This document shows, in pieces, positions 1-8,223 of a stretch of DNA of 11,639 bases. Origin of the DNA: Candidatus Rokuibacteriota bacterium (GTDB taxonomy: Bacteria; Methylomirabilota; Methylomirabilia; Rokubacteriales; CSP1-6); contig JACPCX010000001.1 of NCBI GenBank assembly GCA_016184305.1, positions 1 to 11,639 on the forward strand, given 5' to 3'. Under the pieces are notes generated by a model. It was not told where the DNA came from and ran no database searches. It worked only from the letters and a program-made list of their open reading frames with translations. The position numbers were made by a program, and so were the translations under genes. Each line of letters begins with the position of its first letter. Position 1 is the stretch's first letter.

Positions 1-1
1 C

Positions 2-658
2 CTGGTCCATCGGACGCTGCTCGTCCGCGTCACCGGCGGGGGCAACCCGCAACGCCTGATGGACGCCCAGCTCATCCTCACCCTCGGCCTCTCCCTCATC
101 ATCACGAACGCGACGACGATGATCCTCACGCCCATGCCCCGCGGTATCCAGACGGCCTACGCCACCCAGGCCTTCGCCGTCGGCCCCATCCTCATGAACC
201 AGGCCCGCTCCTACGCCTTCCTCATGGCCCTCGTGCTGGCCGGCCTCGTGTACGTCTTCCTCACCCGGACCGACGTCGGCAAGGCGCTCCGGGCGGCGGC
301 CGACGAGCCGGAGGCCGCCGGCTACCAGGGCATCGACGTCCGCGCCATGCACGGCCTCGCGTTCGGCGTCGGCATCGCGCTGGTGGCGGCGGCCGGCGGG
401 CTGCTCGCCACCTACCACCCGATCGAGCCCACCGTCGCCGTGAACTTCATCGTCCTCATGTTCGTGGCCGTCGTGCTCGGCGGGCTCGGGAGCATCCCGG
501 GCGCCTTCGCCGGCGGCCTCGTCATCGGGCTCGTCCAGTCGCTCACGCTGCTCGTGCTCCCCTTCCAGCTCCAGAACGCCGGCGTCTTCATCGCCTTCCT
601 GCTCGTCCTGTACCTACGGCCCCAGGGCCTCTTCGGCCAGCGGCTCCGCGCGGTCTGA
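2..658 (+). CDS. livH: Branched-chain amino acid-type ABC transporter permease (LivH-like), 5' truncated by window edge
   Basis: Frame open from base 2 (LVHRTLLVRV...). Hydrophobic protein with LivH-type motifs RTDVGKALRAAAD, VVLGGLGSIPGAFAGG and LRPQGLFG. Confidence 0.88.
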   Translation: MVHRTLLVRVTGGGNPQRLMDAQLILTLGLSLIITNATTMILTPMPRGIQTAYATQAFAVGPILMNQARSYAFLMALVLAGLVYVFLTRTDVGKALRAAADEPEAAGYQGIDVRAMHGLAFGVGIALVAAAGGLLATYHPIEPTVAVNFIVLMFVAVVLGGLGSIPGAFAGGLVIGLVQSLTLLVLPFQLQNAGVFIAFLLVLYLRPQGLFGQRLRAV

Positions 659-2451
659 TGGCGGCCGTTCCCGCCTCCCGCCTGCGCGGGCTCGCCCCCA
701 TCGGCCTCGTCGTTCTCCTGGGGCTCGCCCTGAGTTTCGCCCTCGGCGAGCGCTATCACCACCGGGTCCTGACCCTCGTCTTCGTGTGGGCGACGATGGG
801 GCTCGCCTGGAACATCATCAGCGGCTACGCGGGGCAGACCTCCTTCGGCCACCAGGCCTTCTTCGGGGTGGGCGCCTACGTCACGGTCCTCCTCATCGTC
901 GGCTTCCGCCTCACGCCGTGGCTCGGCCTCGTGGTCGGCACGGTGGCCGCCGTCGTCGCCGCCGCCCTCATCGGCTTCCCCACCTTCCGCCTGGCCGGGA
1001 TCTACTTCGCGCTGGCCACGCTCGCCTACCCGCTCATCCTCCGCATCTTCATGGACTTCCTGGGCTACCAGGAGGTCGCGATCCCCATGGTGCGCGACCG
1101 TCCGGCCCTCTACATGCAGTTCACCGATCCCCGCGCCTACGACCTCCTGGCCCTGGCCGCGCTGGCGGGGACGCTGCTGCTCTCGCACTGGATCGAGACC
1201 TCGCGGCTCGGCTACGCGCTGCGGGCGCTGAAGGAGAACGAGCAGGCGGCGGAGGCGGCCGGGGTCGACACCTTCCGGGCGAAGATGATCGCCTTGATGC
1301 TGAGCGCCGCCCCCGCCGCGGTGATCGGGGCGATCTACGCCCACGCCATCCTCTACGTCGTCACCCCCGACGCCGTCTTCGGCCTCCTCGTGATCGTGCA
1401 GACGCTCGTCGTTTGCCTCGTGGGCGGGGTTGGCACGAAGTGGGGCCCGGTGCTCGGGGCGGCGATCATGGTCCCGATGAGCGAGACGCTCGACGCCACC
1501 ATCGGGGACCGGCTGCCCGGGATCCAGGGCGTGGTGTACGGCGCCGCCCTCGTGCTCGCCATGCTCTTCGCGCCCGAGGGGATCTACTGGCGGCTGCGGG
1601 CGCTGCTTCCGGCCCGGCGGGCCGCGCCCGCGCTCGCAGGCGCCGCGGCGGCGAGGGAAGGCCCGATCGCCGCGGACCTCGCGGGACGCGCCCCGGTGGC
1701 CCGCGGCGCCACCCTCATGGACGTCCGTGGAGTCTCCAAGGCGTTCCTGGGCCTCCACGCCCTCGAGGAGGTGAGCTTCACCGTCCGCTCCGGCGAGATC
1801 CTCGGCGTCATCGGTCCCAACGGCGCGGGCAAGACGACGCTCTTCAACGTGCTCGACGGCTTCCTCGCGCCCGACCAGGGGGAGGTCCGCTACCGCGACG
1901 CGCGGATCACCGGGCTCCGTCCCAGCGCCATCTGCCGCGGCGGGGTCGGCCGTACGTTCCAGGTCGTCCGCTCGTTCCCTCAAATGACGGTGCTGGAGAA
2001 CGTCATGGTGGGAGCGTTCGTGCACGAGACCGCGCCGCACCGTGCGCGGCAGCGCGCCCTGGCCGCCCTCGCCTCGGTGGGGCTCGAGGCGCGCGCCGAC
2101 CTCGTCCCGAGCGGCCTCACCACCCTCGACCTCCGCCTCATGGAGCTGGCCCGCTGCCTCGCCACCGCGCCCGACCTCATCCTGCTCGACGAGCCGCTGG
2201 CCGGGCTCGCGCGCGACGGCGTGGAGACGGTGATGGCTTTGGTCCGTCGCGTGCGCGACGGGGGCGTGACGGTCGTGATCATCGAGCACACCATGTACGC
2301 GGTCGTCCAGCTCGTCGACCGCCTCGTCGTCCTCGACCACGGGCGCCGGGTGGCCGAAGGGCTGCCGGGCGAGGTGGTGCGGGATCCGGCCGTCATCGAG
2401 GCGTACCTCGGAAAGCGCTGGCTCCGTCATGTTGAAGGTCTCCGGACTTAG
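658..2451 (+). CDS. Fused ABC transporter permease (LivM-like) + ATP-binding domain (LivG-like)
   Basis: N-half has LAWNIISGYAGQTSFGHQAFFG and LVGGVGTKWGPVLGA. C-half has Walker A GPNGAGKTT, Walker B LILLDEP, IIEH and VIEAYLG. Start overlaps upstream stop (TGATG). Confidence 0.9.
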   Translation: MAAVPASRLRGLAPIGLVVLLGLALSFALGERYHHRVLTLVFVWATMGLAWNIISGYAGQTSFGHQAFFGVGAYVTVLLIVGFRLTPWLGLVVGTVAAVVAAALIGFPTFRLAGIYFALATLAYPLILRIFMDFLGYQEVAIPMVRDRPALYMQFTDPRAYDLLALAALAGTLLLSHWIETSRLGYALRALKENEQAAEAAGVDTFRAKMIALMLSAAPAAVIGAIYAHAILYVVTPDAVFGLLVIVQTLVVCLVGGVGTKWGPVLGAAIMVPMSETLDATIGDRLPGIQGVVYGAALVLAMLFAPEGIYWRLRALLPARRAAPALAGAAAAREGPIAADLAGRAPVARGATLMDVRGVSKAFLGLHALEEVSFTVRSGEILGVIGPNGAGKTTLFNVLDGFLAPDQGEVRYRDARITGLRPSAICRGGVGRTFQVVRSFPQMTVLENVMVGAFVHETAPHRARQRALAALASVGLEARADLVPSGLTTLDLRLMELARCLATAPDLILLDEPLAGLARDGVETVMALVRRVRDGGVTVVIIEHTMYAVVQLVDRLVVLDHGRRVAEGLPGEVVRDPAVIEAYLGKRWLRHVEGLRT

Positions 2452-3136
2452 CGTCGCCTACGGCGGGCTCCAGGCCCTGGCCGGGGTCTCTCTCGAGGTC
2501 GCCGAGGGCGAGTTCGTGGCCATCGTGGGCCCGAACGGCGCCGGCAAGAGCACGCTCATGAAGGCCGTCGCCGGCGGCGTGCCCCTCGGGGCCGGCAGCA
2601 TCGAGTACCGCGGGCAGAACATCGGCGCGCTGCCGTCGCACTCGCGGGCCCGGCTCGGGATCGCCCACGTGCCCGAGGGACGGAAGGTCTTCCCCTCGCT
2701 CACGGTGCTGGAGAACCTCGAGATGGGCTCCTACCGGCCCGCCGCCCGGCGCCGGCGGGCGGAGGGCCTCGACACCGTGCTCGGGCTCTTCCCCGTCCTC
2801 CGCGAGCGGCGCGATCAGCTCGCCGGCTCCCTCTCGGGCGGCGAGCAGCAGATGCTCGCCCTCGGCCGGGGGATCATGGCCCAGCCCGATCTGCTCCTGC
2901 TCGACGAGCCCTCCCAGGGCCTCGGCCCCCGGATCGTGGAGGGGATCTTCGAGGCCATCGCCGCCATCAGGAAGAACCGCCGCGTGACGATCCTGCTCGT
3001 CGAGCAGCGGGTGGTCGAGGCGCTCGAGCTGTGCGACCGCGGCTATGTGCTGGAGACGGGCCGGGTGGCGCTGGGCGGCGACCGGGAGACGCTGCTCGCC
3101 GACCCGCGTGTCCAGCACGCCTACCTCGGGACCTGA
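2429..3136 (+). CDS. livF: ABC transporter ATP-binding protein (LivF-like)
   Basis: GPNGAGKST, HVPEGRKVF, LSGGEQQMLA, LLLLDEPS, LLVEQ motifs. Confidence 0.92.
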   Translation: MLKVSGLSVAYGGLQALAGVSLEVAEGEFVAIVGPNGAGKSTLMKAVAGGVPLGAGSIEYRGQNIGALPSHSRARLGIAHVPEGRKVFPSLTVLENLEMGSYRPAARRRRAEGLDTVLGLFPVLRERRDQLAGSLSGGEQQMLALGRGIMAQPDLLLLDEPSQGLGPRIVEGIFEAIAAIRKNRRVTILLVEQRVVEALELCDRGYVLETGRVALGGDRETLLADPRVQHAYLGT

Positions 3137-3143
3137 GGGAACG

Positions 3144-4757
3144 ATGGAGCCGCCCCGGAGCCGCACTCTCGGCGATCTCCTCGACGAGATGGCCGCCCGC
3201 TATCCGGAGGGCGAGGCGGTTGTCTTCGGGGGCGACCGGCTCACCTACGAGGAGTACCGCAGCCGCGTGCGGGCGCTCGCCCGGGGGCTCCACCGGCTGG
3301 GCGTGCGCCGCGGCGACAAGGTCGCCCTCCTCATGGGCAATCGCACCGAGTGGCTGCTCGTGGACTTCGCTGTGGCCCTGCTCGGCGCCACCCTCGTGCC
3401 CGTCAGCACCTGGTCGACGGCGCGCGAGCTCGAGTACGTGCTCGCCCACGCGGAGGCAACCGCCCTCGTCACCGTGGACCGCTTCCGCGGCCAGGACTAC
3501 CTGGCCATGCTGGGGGCGATCGGCCCCGGCAGCCAGCGGCTGCCGCTCCTGCGGCACGTTGTATGCCTTGGCGGCGAGAGCGTTCCCGGCATCACCCCCT
3601 TCGCCGACCTCCGGGAGATCGGGGCCGGGATCCCGGAATCCGTCGTGGACGAGGCCCAGCGGGCGGTCCGGCCCACCGACATCGCGTACATCCTCTACAC
3701 CTCCGGCACCACCTCGACCCCCAAGGGCGTCCAGCTCGAGCACGCGGGCCTCGTCGAGAACATGTTCAGCATCGGGGAGCGCCAGCACCTCGGCCCCGCC
3801 GACCGCCTGTGGCTCGGCATCTCGCTCTTCTGGGGCTTCGGCTGCGAGAACGCGCTCCTGGCCGTCATGACCCACGGCGGGTGCGTGGTGTTGCAGGAGC
3901 ACTTCGATCCGGGCGAGGCGTTGCGCCTCATCGAGAGCGAGCGGTGCACGGTCTATTACGGCACCCCGAACGTCGCGCTGGCGCTCTGGGAGCACCCCGA
4001 CCGTCCCAGCCGCGATCTCCGCTCTCTCAGGACGGGCGCGGCCATCGGGCATCCGCCGGCGATCCAGATGGTGATGGACCTCGGCGCCCGGGAGATCTGC
4101 AACGTGTACGGGCTCACCGAGTGCTACGGCAACTGCACGCTCACCGACGCCCACGACCCCGTGGACGCCCGCCTCCACACGGTGGGCCGGCCGCTGCCGG
4201 GGATGGAAATCAAGATCGCCGACCCCGCCACCCACCGCCCGCTCCCGCCCGGCGAGATCGGCGAGATCGCGCTCCGGGGCTACATCACCCCCGGCTACTA
4301 CAGGGACCCCGAGACGAACGCGGCCGCCTTCGACCCCGATGGCTTCTTCCTCACCGGCGACCTCGGCTGGTTCGACGCCGACGGCCGTCTCCGCTTCCAC
4401 GGTCGCATCAAGGACGTGGTGAAGACGGGCGGCCTCAACGTCTCCCCCCTCGAGGTCGAGCAGATCCTCCTCGGCCACCCCGCCGTCGAGCAGGCCCACG
4501 TGGTCGGGGTGCCCGACTCGCGCAAGCAGGAGGCGCTGGCCGCGGTGGTGGTGCTGAAGGAGGGGGCGACCGCTTCCGCCGGCGAGCTGCGCGCCTTCTG
4601 CCGCGAGGCCCTGGCCGCCTTCAAGGTCCCCCAGCACGTCCGGTTCCTCTCCCGCCAGGCCCTGCCCCTCACCGCCTCCGGCAAGGTCCAGAAGCACCGG
4701 CTGCGCGAGCGCCTGGTCGCCGAGCTGGACGCCGTCCCCGCCGACCGCCATGGCTGA
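3144..4757 (+). CDS. AMP-binding acyl-CoA synthetase / ligase
   Basis: YILYTSGTTSTPKGV (A3), YGLTE, TGDLG, GRIKDVVKTGG, LPLTASGKVQK. ATG at 3144 follows GAGGGA just after the livF stop, preferred over the track start at 3045. Confidence 0.9.
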   Translation: MEPPRSRTLGDLLDEMAARYPEGEAVVFGGDRLTYEEYRSRVRALARGLHRLGVRRGDKVALLMGNRTEWLLVDFAVALLGATLVPVSTWSTARELEYVLAHAEATALVTVDRFRGQDYLAMLGAIGPGSQRLPLLRHVVCLGGESVPGITPFADLREIGAGIPESVVDEAQRAVRPTDIAYILYTSGTTSTPKGVQLEHAGLVENMFSIGERQHLGPADRLWLGISLFWGFGCENALLAVMTHGGCVVLQEHFDPGEALRLIESERCTVYYGTPNVALALWEHPDRPSRDLRSLRTGAAIGHPPAIQMVMDLGAREICNVYGLTECYGNCTLTDAHDPVDARLHTVGRPLPGMEIKIADPATHRPLPPGEIGEIALRGYITPGYYRDPETNAAAFDPDGFFLTGDLGWFDADGRLRFHGRIKDVVKTGGLNVSPLEVEQILLGHPAVEQAHVVGVPDSRKQEALAAVVVLKEGATASAGELRAFCREALAAFKVPQHVRFLSRQALPLTASGKVQKHRLRERLVAELDAVPADRHG

Positions 4758-4768
4758 GGGCCTGACCC

Positions 4769-5950
4769 ATGCCTGAGACGATGACCATGCGCGACAAGAC
4801 GGCGATCGCCGGCGTGGGCGTGAGCCGGTTCGGCCGCTTCCCCGACGAGAGCCCCCTCAAGCTCGCCGTCGAGGCGTTCAAGGCCGCCCTCGCCGACGCC
4901 GGGCTCGGCCGGGACGAGGTCGACGGGGTGGCCATCAATATCGGCTGGCCGCTCGGCGTGGACTACGACCGCTTCGCGGAGACCGTCGGCCTCGACCTCC
5001 GCTTCGCCGACCAGACGTGGACCCACGGCCGCTTCGTGGGCCCCACCCTCCAGCACGCGGCGATGGCGGTGGCGGCCGGTCTCGCCCGCTGCGTGGCCTG
5101 CGTGTGCGGCGTGAGCTTCCACCAGCAGCGCGGCCTCCTCGGCGGCCCCGCCGACGTCGAGGGGACGCGCGAGGAGGGCGGCACCCACGAGGAGAACCCC
5201 GTGTACGGGATGACAGCCCCGGCCGCCGGCGCCGCGCTTTCCGCCCAGCGCTACTTCGCCCTCTACGGGGCGACCAGTCGCCAGCTCGCCGCGGTTCCCC
5301 TGGCCTTTCGCAAGCACGCCGCGCTCAACCCTCAGGCCATCATGCGGACGCCCCTCACGCTGGAGGAGCACCAGGCCTCCCGCTACATCGTGGAGCCCCT
5401 GCACCTTTACGACTGCTGCCTGGTCTCGGACGGCGCCGCCTGCGTCCTCGTGACCACCGCCGAGCGGGCCCGCGACGGCCGGAAGCCCCCCGTCCTCGTC
5501 GCCGGCATGCAGGGCATGCGGGCCGGCCGCGACGAGTTCCTCTTCGCCCCCCGGGGCCTCGGCATCCACCAGCAGCGGCATGTCCGCCACACGCCGTCGG
5601 CCGAGGACCTCCTCGTCTACCGCATGGCGGGCACCTCGCGGGACGATATGGACGGCCTCTACACCTACGACGCGTTCTCGCCGCTCGTGCTCTTCACGCT
5701 CGAGCGCTTCGGCTTCTGCGGGCCGGGCGAGGCCGCCGCGTGGGTGCAGGACGGGCGGATCGAGCTGGGGGGTGAGCTGCCGATGAACACCTCCGGCGGG
5801 CTCCTTTCCGAGGCCCACGTCTCGGGCTGGAACTCCATCGTGGAGATCGTCCGCCAGCTCCGGGGCGAGGCGGGCCCGCGCCAGATCGCCGGCGCCCGCG
5901 TGCTCCAGTGGGGGACGTGCTGGGGCGACTCCCTGGTGTTCCGCCGGTGA
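4769..5950 (+). CDS. Thiolase-like protein (SCP-x/Ltp2-like, DUF35-associated)
   Basis: AIAGVG start, [33 protein letters not shown]. Directly upstream of a DUF35 gene. Start could be 4769, 4781 or 4787. Confidence 0.88.
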   Translation: MPETMTMRDKTAIAGVGVSRFGRFPDESPLKLAVEAFKAALADAGLGRDEVDGVAINIGWPLGVDYDRFAETVGLDLRFADQTWTHGRFVGPTLQHAAMAVAAGLARCVACVCGVSFHQQRGLLGGPADVEGTREEGGTHEENPVYGMTAPAAGAALSAQRYFALYGATSRQLAAVPLAFRKHAALNPQAIMRTPLTLEEHQASRYIVEPLHLYDCCLVSDGAACVLVTTAERARDGRKPPVLVAGMQGMRAGRDEFLFAPRGLGIHQQRHVRHTPSAEDLLVYRMAGTSRDDMDGLYTYDAFSPLVLFTLERFGFCGPGEAAAWVQDGRIELGGELPMNTSGGLLSEAHVSGWNSIVEIVRQLRGEAGPRQIAGARVLQWGTCWGDSLVFRR

Positions 5951-6209
5951 GCGGTTACGCTCGGCCGCTCCCGCGCGTCACCCCCGACAACCTGCCCTTC
6001 TGGGAGGCCGCGCGCCGCCACGAGCTGCGCCTCCAGCGCTGCGGGGGTTGCGGGCGGTTCTGGCACCCGCCGGGCCCCGTGTGCCCCGACTGCCTCTCCG
6101 AGCGATTCGACTGGACGCCGGTGAGCGGGCGGGGGACGGTCTCGAGCTTCGTGGTCTTCCACAAGGCCTACTTCCCGGCGTTCGCCGACGCGATCCCCTA
6201 CGCCGTCGT
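5947..6209 (+). pseudogene. N-terminal part of DUF35 Zn-ribbon/OB-fold protein (C-terminus deleted)
   Basis: GTG overlapping the thiolase stop (GTGA). [20 protein letters not shown]...CPDC...[10 protein letters not shown]...IPYAVV, then an abrupt switch to LLM sequence. Confidence 0.85.
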
Positions 6210-6311
6210 GGGCCTCCGCTTCGGGGTCACGCTCGCCGCCTACCCCGACGGCGTGCCGCCGGCCGCGTGGTGGTGGCGGTTCGCCGAGCGGGCCGAGGCC
6301 CTCGGCTTCGA
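6210..6311 (+). repeat. Direct-repeat copy of the LLM oxidoreductase 5' end (partner 11188-11289)
   Basis: 102 bp, about 6 mismatches by manual alignment. Encodes [33 protein letters not shown]. Confidence 0.93.
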
Positions 6312-6501
6312 GGCCCACCCCACCCGCCGGCGCCGCCGCCGGCTGGGCTGCGCCAGACACCGTTTGTGCTGGCTTCGCTCCGCGGAGGATGACGTCGGCC
6401 ACAGGCCTGTTGCTCGCGCGAGGGGAAGCGACGGCTGGACTGCCCTTCGCCCTCCGTGCGTCGCGCCCCACGCAGTAAGGGCACGACGCGATCTCACGAA
6501 G

Positions 6502-6776
6502 TTGAGCGCGTTGCTGTTTCTCTACCGCGACGTCCTCGGGCAAGATCTGCCGTGGCTCGACGATGTCGTCCGGGCCAAGCGGACCACGCGCCTGCCGGTG
6601 GTCCTCACCCGTGAGGAAGTGCAAGCCGTGGTTCGCCAGCTCCGTGGCACCCACCGGCTCATGGCGATCCTGCTCTATGGAGCCGGTCTCCGCCTCCTCG
6701 AGTGCGCGCGCCTCCGGGTGAAGGACGTTGATTTCGCCCGGCACCAGATCACCGTGCGCGCGGGAAAGGGCGACAA
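6502..6776 (+). pseudogene. intI: Internal fragment of integron integrase (tyrosine recombinase)
   Basis: [38 protein letters not shown]...[22 protein letters not shown]...ITVRAGKGD is typical of IntI. Lacks the N-terminus and the C-terminal HxxR/Y catalytic region. Adjacent to an attC array. Confidence 0.9.
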
Positions 6777-7056
6777 CAAGACCGCCGGATACATCGGTGG
6801 GATGGGACGCCCGGGACTGAAGGCATCGCTTCATCCGCCGATCGATACGGGCCTCTGGGACGGCCTTCGTGAACGGTTTCGAGACAGGACCGCGATCCTC
6901 GACGAAGTCCAATGCGTCCGTCGCATCAAGGAGATCGGTGACTATTCCACGTACCGCCGGATCATCAAGGGCTGCCGGCTGGCGGCGGCCGAACTCGGCT
7001 GCCTTCTCATCGAGTTGGAGCAGTTATGGTTGGGCGCAGCGACGCCGGAGGTCTAA
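6777..7056 (+). pseudogene. 3' remnant of a cassette gene of unknown function
   Basis: [27 protein letters not shown]...[12 protein letters not shown]. Stop TAA lies inside the attC inverse core GTCTAAC, the usual cassette arrangement. No start of its own. Confidence 0.65.
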
Positions 7057-7147
7057 CTTCCGGATGCAGGCGCCGGCGGGCGCATTGGGCGCGGCCGATG
7101 ACAGACGGTTGGCGTGCGCCCGCTGCGCCTGATCCGGCGCGTTAGCC
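7051..7147 (+). other. attC site 1
   Basis: R'' GTCTAAC (7051-7057), R' GTTAGCC (7141-7147). Arms CCGGAT[G]CAGGCGC[C]GGCGGGCGCA and TGCGCCCGCTGCGCCTGATCCGG pair with two unpaired bases on the left arm. Confidence 0.92.
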
Positions 7148-7169
7148 AGCGCCAAGGACCAGCACACTC

Positions 7170-7619
7170 GTGCCTCTACCACGGCTGACCGAAAACGGCG
7201 AGCTGCCGATCGGAGTACACCTAGGATCCTTGCGCGAGGTTCTGGAGCGCTTCGGTGTTGGTTCCGACCAACGCAAGGCCCTGGCTCTCCGCCTCGTGCG
7301 CGTCCACAGCGTGGCTCAAGCGACCGGCCACCTGGCGCGATTCGTCATTTTCGGGTCGTTCGTTACGAGCAAGAGTGAGCCCAACGACGTCGATATCGTC
7401 CTGGTCATGGCCGACGCCTTCGACGCGTCCCAGCTGCGCGGCGAGGCACTGCTTCTCTTTGATCACGGTGCCGCGCAAGCGTACTTCGGCGCCAGCGTGT
7501 TCTGGCTCCGGCGACTGGCAGCGTGGCCGAACGAGCAGGCGGCGGTAGAATTCTGGCAAGTGAAGCGCGGTGGTGGCCAAAGGGGCATCATCGAAGTCAC
7601 GCGGGGGGAGGCATCATGA
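7170..7619 (+). CDS. Minimal Pol-beta-like nucleotidyltransferase (DUF6932-like), cassette gene
   Basis: GTG start 23 nt after R', AAGGA upstream. FVIFGSFVTSKSEPNDVDIVLV carries the GS...DxD motif. Confidence 0.78.
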   Translation: MPLPRLTENGELPIGVHLGSLREVLERFGVGSDQRKALALRLVRVHSVAQATGHLARFVIFGSFVTSKSEPNDVDIVLVMADAFDASQLRGEALLLFDHGAAQAYFGASVFWLRRLAAWPNEQAAVEFWQVKRGGGQRGIIEVTRGEAS

Positions 7620-7822
7620 TCAGCGACGACCAAGAACTCAGCGCCACGCTGGAGCGAATCCGCCATCTCCAGACTCAGGTAACCCATCTCCGCAAGACGG
7701 AGACCAATCCCACGAACTACCACCTGTCGGCATCCGGGTTCCTCGCCGAGATCGACCGGATGCAGCTCGAGGTGCGCGAGTACCTCTCCCTTCATCCCGG
7801 TGAGGTGAAGGCTAGTGCCTGA
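7616..7822 (+). CDS. 68-aa helical hypothetical protein, translationally coupled to the nucleotidyltransferase
   Basis: ATGA overlap at 7616-7619 with GGAGG RBS. MISDDQELSATLERIRHLQTQVTHLRK...FLAEIDRMQLEVREYL. Confidence 0.75.
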   Translation: MISDDQELSATLERIRHLQTQVTHLRKTETNPTNYHLSASGFLAEIDRMQLEVREYLSLHPGEVKASA

Positions 7823-7852
7823 GCGCGCGCGGCGCAACGGTGAGTGGCGACT

Positions 7853-7905
7853 GGCTGACTTCTGCTTCCAGCCGACCGGCGTCGCCGGCGGCTGAAGCAT
7901 GCGTT
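7853..7905 (+). other. attC site 2, R' core interrupted by the IS
   Basis: R'' GGCTGAC. Arms TGCTT[C]CAGCCG[A]CCGGCG / CGCCGGCGGCTGAAGCA, then GTT at 7903-7905. The remainder AGGC is at 9453-9456. Confidence 0.85.
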
Positions 7906-7919
7906 GATATGACTTCCAC

Positions 7920-8223
7920 TGTCGAGAGTCACGATAACGGAGGACCGCGCGTACCCCTGGCATCTTGCTGCGTGGGGTTCGGAGGTTGCTCGAGCCATCG
8001 GAAGAGGCGGGGCCTGTACCTGCGACGGTTGCTCATGCTGATCTCCGTGGGTTGGGTACCACCGTACCGGTGTCCGTCGCGGCGCCGGCTTCGCTCTAGG
8101 GGCGAGGGTTGTGGTCTCATAACGCGATCGAAGATTGCGCCGATACCGGGGCCGCGCCTCCGCCGATGGCTCAAGATCGGGATCATGGGGTCTGCACTCC
8201 GTCCACCTCGATGGACCCGCCCG
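7920..8223 (-). ncRNA. Putative bridge/seek RNA region of the IS1111-type element
   Basis: About 300-nt non-coding region downstream of the transposase. Closing stem GAGCCATCGG (7992-8001) / CCGATGGCTC (8163-8172) extends inward. Short matches to target and end sequences. RNA boundaries are not known. Confidence 0.68.

Noticed and set aside
412..5818. Long minus-strand and alternate-frame ORFs (412-2430, 786-2435, 2393-3166, 2967-4751, 3350-4765, 4298-5818)
   Set aside because: Shadow ORFs of well-supported genes in very GC-rich DNA, with no recognisable motifs.
5908..7056. 382-aa ORF as a genuine single-family gene or functional integrase
   Set aside because: It is a mosaic of fragments, and the IntI part lacks the catalytic His-x-x-Arg and Tyr region.
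7906..7926. Circle-junction promoter from the minus-strand TCGACA (-35-like) near the IS right end
   Set aside because: Joining the ends gives no convincing -10 at 16-18 bp spacing, so it is not supported from sequence alone.
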